Positions 49,870 through 62,547 of a DNA stretch of 64,000 bases are shown here, piece by piece. The DNA is from Lama glama (Eukaryota). Below the pieces are notes generated by a model. The model was given only the letters and a program-made list of their open reading frames with translations. It was not told the origin of the DNA and made no database searches. Numbering within the stretch: the stretch's first letter is position 1; the number at the start of each line of letters is the position of its first letter. The stretch lies in assembly GCA_028534125.1 (NCBI GenBank), contig CM052818.1, forward strand, positions 34,410,001 through 34,474,000. Reading direction: 5' to 3'. Both the position numbers and the translations under genes were made by a program.

Positions 49870-51694
49870 ACACTTAAGTCATTCCTTTTTATATAAAAGC
49901 ATTTAACGTGTTTAATTTTCCTGTACACACTGCCTTCACTGCAATACCACAAATTTTGATAGGTTGTGTTTTCATTTTTATTTAGTTCAAATTATTTTCT
50001 AATTTTCCTTGTGATCTCTTTGACTTTGAGGGTTTCCAAGATGTCTTTCTGTTATTGATTTCTAATTTAATTTTGTTGTGGTCAGGGCACACTTTGTGTG
50101 ATTTAAATCCTCTTAAATTTATTGACTTGCTTTAAAACACAGAACATGGTCTATCTTGGTAAATGTTCCAAATGCAATTGAAAAAAGAATGTCCATCTAT
50201 TATGATGGGTGAAGTGCTCTCTCAAATGTCAAGGAAGTCAGGTTGGCTGATAGTCTATTATATCCTTAATGATTGTTTTTGTTTATTGTTATAGTCATTA
50301 TTGACAGAGAGATGCTGAAATCCACATTATGTATGTGTATACTGAATGGTATAAAATGAGAAAAAAGGTTACTTAATATTTACTCACATGTTTATCACTT
50401 CTGGTGGTCGTCATTTCTTTGTGTAGATCCAAGTTTCCTTATGGTATTTTCCTTCTCCCTGAAGGACTTCTTTAAATATATTCTGTAGCTCTGGTCTGCT
50501 GCTGCTAAATTCTCTCAGCTTTTGTATGTCTGGGGGCAACACGTCTTTTGCCTTTATGTTTGAAAGATATTTCTGCTGGGTATAAAATGATTGGATGAGA
50601 GCCTTTATTCTTTCTCTCTGAGAGTTTAAGGTATCACTCTGTGTCTTTTGGCTTGCTTAGTTTCTGACAACAAATCTAGTGTCATTTTTATCTTTGTCCC
50701 TCTTATATGAATGTGTCCCCCACACTCCAACCCCCAAATATATTTCTCCTTATTCCTGGCTTTTTTGCAATTTGCTTATGCTGTGTTGTGATGTGGTTTT
50801 CTTCAAGTTTCTTCTGCTTGGGTTCTCTTGAGCTTCTTGAGTCTATAGATTTATCATTTTTCCTCAGACTTCTCTTTACTGTCTTGAACAGATGTGTATT
50901 TTTAATTGTTATTTTAATGTTTCCATCTGCTTATTCTACCATTAGTGTCATTTCTGGGTGTGTTTCTATTAATTGATTTTTCTGCAGGTTGTGGGTCTTA
51001 TTTTTCTACTTTCTTGCATGACTGATAATTTTTCTATTGGAGTATGAACATTGTAAATTTTATATTGCTGGGTGCTTAATTTTGTTGGATTCATTGAAAT
51101 ATCATTGTGTTTTGTTCTTGGATGCAGTTTTGTTACTCAAAACAAGTTTAATCCTCTTAAGGCTTGCTTTTAGGATTTATTAAGACAAATACTATATACC
51201 TTTCTTATGTAACCATGGTACACTTATCAAAACTAATAATAAATTTAAATTGGTGGAACACTACTAATGACATTACAAACTTTAGTTGGATTTCACTAGT
51301 TTTCTCACTTTTATCTTTTATCTGCTCCAGGATCCCATGTTGCGTTTAGTCTTTCTGTCCCCTTAGTCTCTTCCAATCTATGACAGTTTCTCAGTCTTGT
51401 CCTTCATGATTTTTTGGAGAGCACTGGCCAGGTAGTTTTGTAGAACCTCCCTCAGTTTGGGTCTTTCAGATGTGTCCTCTTGCTTAGTTAGGCTGGGGTT
51501 ATGGATCTGTGCAATCAATACCAGAGAGGTGAAGTACATGATAACAACATGACCGATTACTGGTGATGTTAACCTTCATTGCTTAGGTAAGGTGGTATTT
51601 ACAGGTTTCTCCACTAAAGTTACTTAGTGGAGAGAGCTATATGTGTATATGTGTATATACTAACCCATGTATACCACACACAAATATTTATTTC

Positions 51695-51754
<60 letters not shown>

Positions 51755-53270
51755 GAAACCCATGAGTTCCTAATGTCTCTCACTAATCCAGCACCGTATC
51801 TAGCTTACCCCTGTTGCTTATTTATAACTTTTATTGTGACAATAAGAAACTTGGCTCCTATAATCTGCTACTTGTTTACCTATTTGTTAAACCCTACTAT
51901 CCTTGTAGTTTCAGAATTGCTAACCCATGCCCCAGTGAAAAACAAATTTGCCAGCTACAGTACAGTGCTGGTTTATGGTTCTTTTCATCTTTAGACGTAC
52001 AGTACCTAGTTGAAACACCATTCTCCAAGGCTGCTTGGTCAGTTTCTCCTTCCCAAGTCCTTTCAGTGAGGTTTTATCATTCATTTGTATATAGTTATTT
52101 TTATTTGTCATGGTCTGCATCTCATCCTGGGATCACTAGCATCCTGGGTTTGTTAAATGTTTTAATTTTTTAATTTGCAACCAATAAACTTCATTCACTA
52201 TGGTGTATGGTTTTAGGGGTTTAAACAAATGCATAGAGGTGTGGATTGGCCACCACAGTTCCACTGTAGGAAACAGTTCCATCATCCTAAACATTTCCTT
52301 GTGAGGTTCCTTTGTAGTTAATTCCTTCCCCCTGCCCCAACCACTGGCAACCACCTAGCTGTTTTCCATCCTTGTAATTTTGCATTTTCCAGAATGTCAT
52401 ACAAATGGGCTCATACAATATGTAGTCTTAGACCTGAATTCCTGACTTCCTTTACTTTGCAAAATACATTTAAGAATCATTCACATTGTTGCATGAATCT
52501 GTCTACAGCTGAGAAATATTCTACTACGTGGCTGTGTTCCATTGTTTATCCTTCACCTGTTGAAGTACATACTGATTGTTGTGGCTTGCTTTGTCATTCT
52601 CTTCATGATGTCTCTTGAACAATATAAATTCTCAGTTTTAATATATTCCAATTTATGAATTTTTTCTCATAATTAGTGCTTTTTGTGTATTGTTAAAGAA
52701 TGTTTGCCTCAAGATTATGAAGGTGTTCCCTATGCTTTCATCTGAAAGTTTTATTATTGATTTTCCACATTGGATCAATCTTCAATCTTGGAATTGATTT
52801 TTGTATATGGTATGAGGTAGGAATCAAGACTTATTTCCTCCCTGTATGGAATTCCACTAAACCCAATGCCACTTATTGAAAAAACTCTCTTTCCCCCTAC
52901 TTCATTGCAATGTGATCTTTGTCATAAATCAGGCAGCCATATCTGTATGAGTCTGATTCTGGAATTTCTACTCTGGCCATTGGTCTGTCTGTCTATCCTT
53001 GCACCAATACCACACTGGATTGACTAGAAAAGCTTTAGCAAGTCCTTGGTATCTCACAGCATAAGTACTTCAGCCTTGTTCCTCTTCTTCAGGATGGTCT
53101 TGGTTGTTCTTGACCCTTTGTATCGGCATATAAAGTTTAGAATCAGCTTGTCAACTTCCACAAAAACATCAGCTGGAAGATTTTAACTAGAATCATGTTA
53201 ATGCTGCAGATAAATTTGGAAATAATCAACATCTTAATAATATTTAGCCTTCCAATCCAAAAATATGGTA
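49870..53270 (-). mobile_element. Stack of nested antisense old L1 fragments (L1M/L1MC/L1MD types)
   Basis: T-rich antisense L1 signatures throughout (ttctgttattgatttctaatttaatt; ccactggcaaccacc; ttttgtatatggtatgaggtagg; tttagaatcagcttgtcaa). Confidence 0.8.
51695..51753. repeat. Compound STR (TCTG)3(TCTA)11
   Basis: Direct count. Confidence 0.95.
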
Positions 53271-53479
53271 TATCTGAGGGAAGTTTTTAAAGGCACTAAA
53301 ACACAGAAGATTCTGTTACACCCTTCTCCCAGGACACGGGGTCTGCTCACCCAAACTTGCACAACTGTGAGGGGCCTTGCAGGCAGTGCTCTCCGAGCGA
53401 GAGTCTGCTCCAGTAAACTAAGGGCTCCGCTCAAGACCTTGGGGGGGGGGGCTGGCCTCTTGTGTACAGACACCTCCAT

Positions 53480-54320
53480 CCACTCCCCTCCTTGACAGAT
53501 GCTTTACAACTGTTTAAAAATTTAAAAATATGAACACTTGTCATATCATTTTATAAAGAGTTGGTAGCAGGCAAAATGAGCAAAAATAAAGCATTATTCA
53601 AAAAAAAACCACAAAAAATTAAGAAAGTTTAATTAGCAATGAGAAATATTAAATGAAATAACACTGTTTGATCTTTTTTGAAAAAATGAGATCCTAAAAA
53701 TCAAACTGCATCAATGATGTCATTATTGAGTCACTAGCATATTTTGGTGTGATTTTTTTTCCCCCAGCAACTGTAAAAGGCTCTTTTTGACTATGCACTA
53801 GTTGGAGAAAGGGTGAGGAGATACTTTTTAAGCTAAGTCCAAATATTTTCCCTCTGACTTTCATCTTCAAATCAAATCTCTTGTTCAATAACTTTGAGAA
53901 GATCTTTTTCAAAAAACGTAGTTTTTGGCAGGGACAGCAATCTTTTTATTGTCAACAAACTGTAGTTTCTGCTTCCAAAAAAATCCCCAGCATTAGGAGT
54001 TTATTTTCACCTGCTTTAGTTTTGTCATGCCTCGATGGACATTGCACTATGGTTACCTGTGTAAATTTCTGTACTGATGTGTTTATGTGCCCTTGTTGGG
54101 AACATCTTCACACTAGGGTGAATGTTATTCTGGAAACGGAAGCATTGCTTTGCCAATTGCCTTCTTCTTCCTCCTCTGGAGGATTGAAGACTTCTAAATG
54201 AGTGTGAAATTTTATGCAGACTGTAAATCTCTGGATAGGTCCCAAGTTTTATTGGTTCAGATTTCAGATCGCTAAAGTAGTAGCAACAAAAATCCAGAAA
54301 ACAGTAAACTGAAACTGTGC
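53480..54320 (-). mobile_element. Decayed hAT (Blackjack/hobo-like) transposase C-terminus and 3' flank
   Basis: Minus strand across frameshifts: DLLKVIEQEI...RGKYLDLA*...KYLLTLSPTSA*SKRAF (53776-53826), the hAT dimerisation motif TSxxSERxFS. Confidence 0.7.
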
Positions 54321-56770
54321 TCTCCTGCCTCTTCCCAGCTGTTCTTCTGTCTGTTGGTGGCTGGGCGGGACCAGAGGACACTGGCTGAGCTGGCACATGG
54401 CTCAGGGTGGAGAGATGGGAGAGGCATGGAGGCAGCCTCCCCTGGGCCCTTAAAAGCTCTCCCTACAGCACCATCAGTGTCCCTCTGCACGGAGCTATGT
54501 GTGCCAAGGACACCTCTTTATAGTGGAAGTCTGTGCCCTGGGATCTCCTTCTGGGAAGCGACGGGCAGGGGACCTGGGCTAGAGGGGAGCTGCCATCGTT
54601 GAAACAGACAGGCTCAGGTCACTCTCCTGGCTGGTGCCCGCCAGGCCTCACAGAGAACTGTATCCCCTGCCCTGCCCTCCAGCGCCCGACAGGGCTATGG
54701 TGACCCGACCCTAGCCCTGCGGCCAACGCCTGCCCTGCTCCTCACTCTGGTTCCTCCAACATTCCCAAGCCTGACGGCCCCGTGCTGCCTTCCCCTTCCC
54801 TTCTGGGCTTCTTCCTCCTCCTGCCCCCGTCACCCTCTGGTACTTCTCACACTCATATAGACACTCATATCACTATGTCCCTAAGTCACTACATCCCTAC
54901 ATCACTTTGGCCCTACATCACTACCCGCTGGACACAGAACTCTCATGGGCCCTGGGCCACTTTTTTACTTTAATCTGGACTCCGTTTTTGCACTTCATGT
55001 CAAAAAAAGCTTTTAACGTCATACTCTTGACCTCATCACCACCTTTGTCTTCGGGTATTTGTGTGGGACCAGGCACTACAGCAGGAGCAGTGCCACAGAC
55101 TCAGAGGACCCGGGCCCTGGGCTGGCTCTCCCGCTCACTGGCTGAATGACCTTGGGCAAGTCTCTCTCCTCCACTCAGGGTCTCATTGCCACACCTGTGA
55201 TGAGGGGGTTAGTCTGGATCAGAGATCTCCGGACTCTGTCGGTCATGCATCCACAGAAATAACAAAATCTGGAGCACACACCCATCATATACACACATTC
55301 ACTTATAAACCCTAGACCTTTACTAATACATACACATGCAAAAGAAAAGATTAAGTCAAAAATTACATTCCATTTTTTAAAAATAAATTCTCCTTTATTT
55401 TATATAAGAAAATTTCCTCCTCCCTCTCACAATTTCATTCTTTGCTTATAATTAATAGCGACAGTGTCAGGGAAAGTCGTAGAACTGGATGTGCTTCATT
55501 ACTCTTTGAAATCTTGCTTTAACCCTTTGAGATAGAGCCATTTAGAGGTCTGGTTCTAGTTGAGTTTGTGTTTAATGGCTGTCATAGTTGCTCCATAGAG
55601 AAGAGATGAATCATTGCCTTTATTAAATTGTGACGCTCATTTTCAATCCCATTCACCAGTTAAAGGCTCTTAATTGAAATTAAAAGAGCTGTCTTCCCTT
55701 ATGTCAGTCAGTGGCTCTTACAAGCTAATTGGAAAACATTACTGCATTTTTATATTTTTAACAAATGGACCCAAAATCCAATTTCATTTGGATCGTTTTC
55801 AAAGAGATTAGAAATATCTGTTTCTAATATTTCCACGGATGCAGATATTAGCAGCTTTAAAGGTGACACCATGTGTTCTCAACCACAAAAACCTCATTTT
55901 CAAAACATTCTCTCTAAAACAAGAGTTTCTTCGGAAAAACAAGTGCTTTCTCACTCCTTGTTAAAACTTTACCTTGAAGAGTCAGAAGAATTGGAGTCTT
56001 TTGGTGGATGTCTGTGAGGTCGCCAACTGCCAACAGTCACTTGTCATCATCATGTTCAGCAAATTTGGAATGCTTGTCTTTTTGTACAAGAACAAATCCT
56101 CTTTAAATTTGATGGCTATTTTAAGTGCTCTGCCAAGAGATAACTAGCAAACCCCTATGTGTTTCAAAAGACTTTCATAGTCACTTTCCTTCTGATTCCA
56201 AATCACTTTATAAGTTTTACTGTATTTTGAACTCTTAAAAAAAAATAACCACACCAATGCATCCTGCAGCTCTTCATGTACTTCTGGATGTAAATTCTTG
56301 ACCAGAGTAGCCAGCAGGAAATTCTGCAGGGAATAGATTCACATGCATCACCATTCCTGCACCCTTACCCAGAATCCTTTATCATCAGGAAGCAGCCACT
56401 CCATGAGTGATTGCACTCAGACAAATTTTCCCATAAATGGTGTCTTTATTAAGGGGGTAATGTACTGTTTGGTCCACATCACCTGTTTCCTTTAGTGGCT
56501 CACAAAACTTGTGGTTCTTCATATATTTCTTTATTGAAACCGAATCTGGGGAAAACCACATTAGAAGCAGCTGTACTTTTCTTCAACTATGTAGCAAATT
56601 TCCCACAGTGTGAAATTTGTTCTGATGCATATTTGTGTGCACCTTCAGCAAGGTTGTCTCTGCATCTTCCAGCAGAGTCTGTGGTCACCATGTTGTGTTC
56701 GTGTCCTGTTCTTGCTACAAGCAAGTACCACACCAACAGCCCCCTTCTCAATCTCTGTAAAACAAAAGGG

Positions 56771-56798
56771 GTGTGTGTGTGTGTGTGTGTGTGTGTGT
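56771..56798. repeat. (GT)14 microsatellite
   Basis: Direct. Confidence 0.9.
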
Positions 56799-57497
56799 AG
56801 GTGAATAACAGTCACGTGACACAGGTCTAATGGGGAGTGAATTGACTTCCCGGTAATCATTCCCCTCTCCTCCATCACTCCCAGCAAAACCAAGTAGTGG
56901 GGGCAGCCCCTCAGGAAGGGAAGATGGGTATCTCATTCTCTGGTTGGATGGATGCTTAGGCAGTGAGTTGCTGATCTGCCTTGCACCTGTCTGAGTGCAG
57001 GAAAAGAGAACTGGAGCTGGGACTCCTCATTATGTCTGATTGGATTCTCGTTGTTTCTGCCTCATAGAGAAGGATTCGCATTTTAAGCACGAGAGGTGTC
57101 TGCCCTGACATTTTCTTGTTCACTTGCATTTGCATTGTAAGCATTATCTTCAGTTGTGGTTTCCTTGCAGGAATCTTGTTAAGCCGCCTATCCATTTGTG
57201 AGAGTTTAATTTAGTTAAAATTTGGCAAAGTAATCTGTAAAGCCACTTAGCTAGTGCACGTGACCTGGAACACAGCACGGTAGACAGCTCTTATCAGGAT
57301 TCATTCGGAGGCGAGCAAACCAAGCCTTTCCAGGGGGTGTGGAGGTGGAAGGATGAAGGAAACGGGAGCTAGTTTGGAGGTCCTAGCAGGGCAGCTGGGA
57401 TTCTCCTGGACCCGGGCCACTCCTGAAACATACAGAAGTGTGTAGATGAGATTAACCCTGTCACCTGAGAATCTTATTTGCAATGCAGATTCCTAAG

Positions 57498-57961
57498 TGT
57501 ATTGACTTGCTAAGGCTGTTGTAACCAAGTACCACAACTCTGTAGATGAAACAGCAGAAATGTTCTGTCTCCTAGTTCTGGAGGCTGGAAGCCTGAGATC
57601 AGGGTGTCTGCAGGGTGGGTTCCCTCTGAGGGCTGTGAGGAAGAACCTTTTCCGTGCCTCACCTAGATTCTGGTGGTTTGCTGACAATCTGTGGCGTTCC
57701 CTGGCTTGTAGATGTTTCACCCCGATCTCTGCCTTCATCTTCACGTGGTGTTCTCCCTGAGCGTGTGTCTCTGGGTCCACATTTCCCCTTTGATAAGGAC
57801 ATCAGTCATACTGACATGGGGCTCACTCCACTTCATGATGCCCTCATCTTCACTAATCACATCTACAATTACCCTATTTCCAAATGAGGTCACATTCTGC
57901 GGTCCTGGGGGTTAGTACTTCAACATATAAATTTGGAGGAGATGCAATTCAGCCCACAATG
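57498..57961 (-). mobile_element. MaLR solo LTR (MLT1C-like) inserted into the terminal region of the Charlie element
   Basis: tgtattgacttgctaaggctgttgtaaccaagtaccacaa...ttctggaggctggaagcctgagatcagggtgtc...aattcagcccaca; splits a MER5-like motif gcagattcct|gggctacaccctagacc. Confidence 0.85.
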
Positions 57962-58122
57962 CTGGGCTACACCCTAGACCTTCTAAAACAGGATCTCTGA
58001 GAGTGGGAGTTACAATCCGTGTTTCTGACAAGGACCTCAGATAACTTACATGGTTATGTGAGGTGATTCGGAATGTCCTCCGTCCCACCTTAAATACATA
58101 GAACAATAAATTAAACCATAGA

Positions 58123-58294
58123 TTTGATTGATTGATTAATTGATTGCAGGGGAGGTAACTACGCTTATTTGTTTATTTTTATTTTTTAACTTTTTTTTCT
58201 GTTTGTTTATTTATTCAGTGGAGGTACTGGGGATTGAACTCAGGACCTCAGGCATGCTAAGCACACACTCTACCTCTGAGCTATACTCTCCCGC
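58123..58294 (-). mobile_element. Vic-1-type camelid tRNA-derived SINE
   Basis: Minus strand gggagagtatagctcagaggtagagtgtgtgcttagcatgcctgaggtcctgagttcaatccccagtacctcca plus A-rich tail; TSD aaccataga at 58114-58122 and 58295-58303. Confidence 0.9.
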
Positions 58295-59342
58295 AACCAT
58301 AGAGTTTTAAATGCAGCTGAGTTCAAACAAAATGAAAGAGAAATTTTCATGGCCCCAAAACGGAGACATCAAGACCAGAGAGCGAAGCATTGGCTGGTAC
58401 TGGGGAAGCCCTGAGGACTGTGAGGCAAGATCAGAGGCCTAGAGAGGATGCGACTGGGGTTCAAATGTTCGTGACAGAGGTGATGGGGCCGTGTTTGCTA
58501 AGGAAATAATCCTTTTGCATGAAGCCTGGAACCTCAAAGATAGACTTTGTCAGTGAAAGGGGACTAGAAAAATCAACTAAGATTTCTTTCAACTAATTAA
58601 AAATTAGAAAGATTGAGGAACTGCTGTGTGAATTCACAGAATCCAATAACTTTCTCAGCTGAGATGCGTCTAAGGAAGTGGACTTTTGGTTGGTGAGGAG
58701 GGAAGGATCCGGGCTCATTTTGGAACACTGGAGCAAAGATGGGATCAGGCAAGGCCTCCAGCAGGCAGGGTGAGTTTAGAACAGGCATAGGCTGGGCCGC
58801 TGAGCAGCTGTGGGCCAAGGAGTCCCAGTAGGTGTGGGTGGATTAGAGACAGAGAAAGCAGGAGGAGGAGGGTGCCAAAGATGAACCTGCTGCTTTTAAA
58901 GAATTCTAAGCTTGTTCTATGCCTTAAATTCCCCTTAGATCTGCCCATCCCCTCCAGCTCACAGCCTGCCCATTCCTGGGAGCTGGAGGGAGAGGAGGAA
59001 GGCAGCCTCGGTGAGCTGCCTCTGAGCTGGTTGACAAGTGGCTGGCGTGTTTGCTCGGAGCCTGGTGGCGCCAGTGTCAGAAAGGCCCTCTCATGAGTGA
59101 CCCCTGCCAGGCCCAGTTTAGGGGGATCAAGGTTTCTAAAATCACGTGACCTTTACTTATTTGGGACTCAAATTTGAGAACTTGTTGGTTTAAAAATGAA
59201 AATTGCCTTTTATACCTAATTTATCAGTTATGCTAAATATAACTGTAATTTGTATCGAGAAAAAATGAAAATTGCTGTGCAAATGGTAATATCTGTAGTT
59301 ATATAACAACTGATGGCTACCATTTGTTGAGTGTTTTTAAAA

Positions 59343-59426
59343 CTTTTTAATTTTTATTTTGTTACTGAGGTATAGTCAGTTACAATGTATTAATGTCTGG
59401 TGTACAGCATAATGTTTCAATCATAC
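59343..59426 (-). mobile_element. Very short camelid-type L1 3' end inside a MIR
   Basis: tgaggtatagtcagttacaatg...ctggtgtacagcataatgtttca, same family as 13926-14340. Confidence 0.75.
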
Positions 59427-60004
59427 TGTGCAACTTTAAACCTATCCTGTTTAATGCTCACAACAAACCTGTTGGGTCAATATAGTATTATCCCACCCTA
59501 TCTTGTCAATGAGAAGTCTTAGACTCTGAAGATTATGTAAAATTTGCCTAAACTAAGATCACTCACTAGGAAATAGTGAAGCCAGGACTTATACCCAAGT
59601 CTGTTTGACTTCTACATCCATATGTTGACAGTGGCTAGCTCTGGAGAGTGGATTATAAAGAATTTTTATCCCATTCTTTATACTTCGGGGGAGTTTTATG
59701 TACCAAATTAATAAGCATAAAAAAGAATAGCACAAACAAAAAAAAATCAGCCCTTAGAAGGTACGTGCAGGAGGAAGTGACAGTGGGGAGAGTGATGCTA
59801 ACCAGGGCCCTTGTCCCGGGCACTCTCCATCATGTCCATAGTCCTGGCTCTTTGACCCAACATCTGCTCCAATATTTAGGTTGTTGCTCTTGCTTTCTTC
59901 TCAAACCCAGGACACTGTGCTTCTGACAGATGAGCGAGGCCCAGGGAGGCGTGAACCTGACATTGATAAGCCTCCTTCCTCTGTCTCCTCCTCCGCACCC
60001 ACAG

Positions 60005-60146
60005 GTGAACCCTTTCAGAGACCGAATCTGCAGAGTGTTCTCCCACAACGATGTTTTCTCCTTTGAGGATGTGCTGGGCATGGCATCTGTGTTCAGCGAG
60101 CAGGCCTGCCCCAGCCTGAAGATCGAGTACGCCTTCCGCATCTACG
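60005..60146 (+). CDS. CIB4: CIB4 coding exon 4 ([48 protein letters not shown])
   Basis: Long pyrimidine tract ending cacag|, 142 nt, donor TACG|gtgggt; CIB signatures NPF.DRIC.VFS, FSFED and YAFRIYD. Confidence 0.97.
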
Positions 60147-60999
60147 GTGGGTGTTGTGGGGGACCAAGTGGGGTTGGGGCAGCACCACAGAGCAAATGCC
60201 ACACTGGGAATCCATCAACATCAGTGCATTGGTGCGATGGTGTTAATTGGGGTTTCCTTGAATATTTATGGGTGTTTTGCTTCTTAAAGACTGTAGTTTT
60301 TTAAAAAATGGTTGAGAACTACTGCTCCAATAGATTGATGCCCTCTCCTCCATGCCACGGGGTCACTGGTGTTGGTATTTCTTGGTAGTACTGTGGGCAG
60401 GCCAGAGAGAGCGAGAACTGTATCTGGGTATGAAGGAGTTATGCTTGTTTTGAAGAAGTTAAGAGATTTCAACACTGGAACTAACGTCATCACTAAATGG
60501 CTGAGAAATCTTGGCCAAATCATTTCACTTTTCTGGGCCTGTTTCCTCATCTTTAAAATGAAGAGGTTGAGAGAGGTCATCTCTGAGGTCTTGTGACACT
60601 TTTTGCCTCCGATTTTGTCTGGGAAGCTGTACCCTCAGCTCAAGTTGGCTCTTCAGTATCCTTATAAACCCTTAGTACATCTGGGATCCTAGAATTCTCT
60701 AAAAGAAAGAAGCAAAGAAATCTTGAGAAGCCTTCAAACGGACCACGCGCAAGGCTTTAAACTCATCATGACAACTCCGTGGCCCCAGAGGACTTGTACA
60801 TTTAGGCTTGTATGGTTTAGCATCTCACCTGCCTTCCTTTCCTGCCAGCTCCACCCAACCCGCTACCCCATCTCCACATGGTGGACAGCATCTTATTCCT
60901 ACCCCACCCAAGTGAATTTGGATAGAATGGAGTGGAGGAGGCTTAAGCTAGATGGACCTATGAGGGTTCAGTGTTCTCATTTGTAAAAAGGGCATAACA

Positions 61000-61900
61000 A
61001 TATTTTTGTATCCGATCTGTCCTCAGTCTTAGTATCCAGTAAACTCAAATGACATCACAGATTCCCCTGCAGAGAATAGCTGAGTAGGCTTCTGTCGTAC
61101 TGTCACTTCCACAGATAGCAACTGTAAACTCTGAAACATAGGTATAAAAATCAACTACCTCATGGCAGGAGAAAGCTTCCAGGGGCAGAGAGCTGACACA
61201 TGAAAAAAGGAAATGGTACTAGGAAAAGAAAAAAAAAAAGCCCACTTTAGTTTTTGACTTTTTTTGGCCTGAATGTGGGCTTTAGTGAGTAGCATCATGG
61301 GACTGATAAAAACTCTAAACTCTTTCTGACTTGAAGAATTAGAGAGTTTTAGTACTTTCCCCCTGAAAAGTAAAAAGAAGGGAAAGTCCATGAAAAAAAG
61401 GCAAAGGGAGGGGGCCAAGTTTCGTGTATAAACTATGCACAAATCTCATTTTAACCTCTAAACTATATATACCAGGACAGACTCAAAACACTTCAGGTAA
61501 GGGTAAAAGAACCTAACTGGAAATTTGAGCTCTCACTGCATTTTAACAAGGTCACTGTGTGACAGGGTTTGCAGTTTAAGTCCAACCAATTGCCCACTAG
61601 AATAAAAAATACTCAGTACTCTTTGGAAAAATATAACAGAATCCAGAGTTTCCACATAAAGCATTTATAATGTCTAAGATACAATCCAAAATTATTCAAC
61701 ATACAAAAATTTTCAAAGCAGTAAAATGATACATTTTCAAGAATGGGGACCGTCTCTGACATGACCCAGATGTTGGAATTAGCTGATAAGTATCTTCAAA
61801 CAGTTATTATAACCACACCCAATGATGTAAAACAAAATATGCTCCTAATGAGTGAAAAGATAAGAATTCTCAGCAGAGAAGTAGAAACTATAAGAAAGAA
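61000..61900 (+). mobile_element. Old L1 5' UTR / ORF1 start
   Basis: MTQMLELADKYLQTVIIT...ILSREVETIRK resembles an L1M ORF1 N-terminus. Confidence 0.7.
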
Positions 61901-62006
61901 ATGGCAAATTCAGGGCCAGGCTGGGTGCTCTTTTCTTAGCCCAGGGTCTTCAGGTTCTAAGTAATAGGAACTTACCCACATAAAAGGCAACTCATGAAGA
62001 ACAGCA

Positions 62007-62547
62007 GTATATTAATTTTCCATTGTTGTATAATAAGTCACTACTGATGTACTAGCTTTAGATGACATATATTTATAATCTCACAGTTTCTGTGGGTTAG
62101 GAGTCTGGTCAGCACTTAGTTAGTCCTCATCTTAGGGTCTCACAAAGCTGTATTCTCATCTGGAGGATGTTTGACAGGGGAGGGATCCACTTACAAGCTC
62201 ACTCCAGTTGTTGGCAGAATTCATTTCCTTGTGTCTATAGAACTTAGAGTCCTGGCTTCTCACTGGCTATCAGCTGGAGGCTGCCCTCAAGTTTCCAGAG
62301 CATGACCCGTGCACTTTGTCACATGGGCCTCCCAACATGGCCACTTGCTTCTTCAAAGACAGTAGGAGTCCCTTGAGCCAGTATGCTGGCAATGTAACAT
62401 TTTGTAATAGGAAATGACATCCCATCACTGCTGCCAAATTCTATTGCTTAGAAGTCCCCATCCCCACTAAAGGGGTGTGTGGCTTATTTGAAATGGTGGA
62501 GAGGTGCAGATCAAGGGAGGAGGAGGGCACTAGAGTTTGTCCACCAT
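62007..62547 (-). mobile_element. MaLR LTR (MLT1E/F-like) nested in an older MLT1 (about 61920-63020)
   Basis: atctcacagtttctgtgggttaggagtctgg...ttgttggcagaattcatttccttg. Confidence 0.7.

Larger units (their letters stand above)
55220..58080 (-). mobile_element. Near-full-length fossil hAT-Charlie transposon (Charlie7/9-like), internally deleted
   Basis: Minus strand: MDRRLNKIPARKP N-terminus (57195 down); GKFAT*LKKSTAAS (QLDESTD-like), FCEPLKE, ITHGVAA (TTDGA-like), C*LSLGRALK (RWLSRG-like), EPDL*MALSQRVKARF C-terminus; TIR-like cagagatctcc at 55220 after gtctggat (NTCTAGAN-like target). Confidence 0.8.
21899..60146 (+). other. CIB4: CIB4 gene body, coding exons 1-4 (3'-partial; introns 472, 7726 and 29722 nt)
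   Basis: Four exons with canonical GT/AG ends and matching phases (0, 2, 0, then 1) join into 109 uninterrupted codons matching the CIB4 N-terminal half as I recall it. Confidence 0.95.

Noticed and set aside
55220-57200. Domesticated ZBED/Buster-type transposase gene
   Set aside because: Many stops and frameshifts, catalytic Asp motifs mutated, internal deletion
58220-58294. tRNA gene
   Set aside because: It is the tRNA-derived head of a SINE, with A-rich tail and TSD
59930-60304. 124-aa ORF read as a single-exon gene
   Set aside because: Only 60005-60146 matches CIB4 and it is bounded by canonical splice sites; the flanks are intronic read-through
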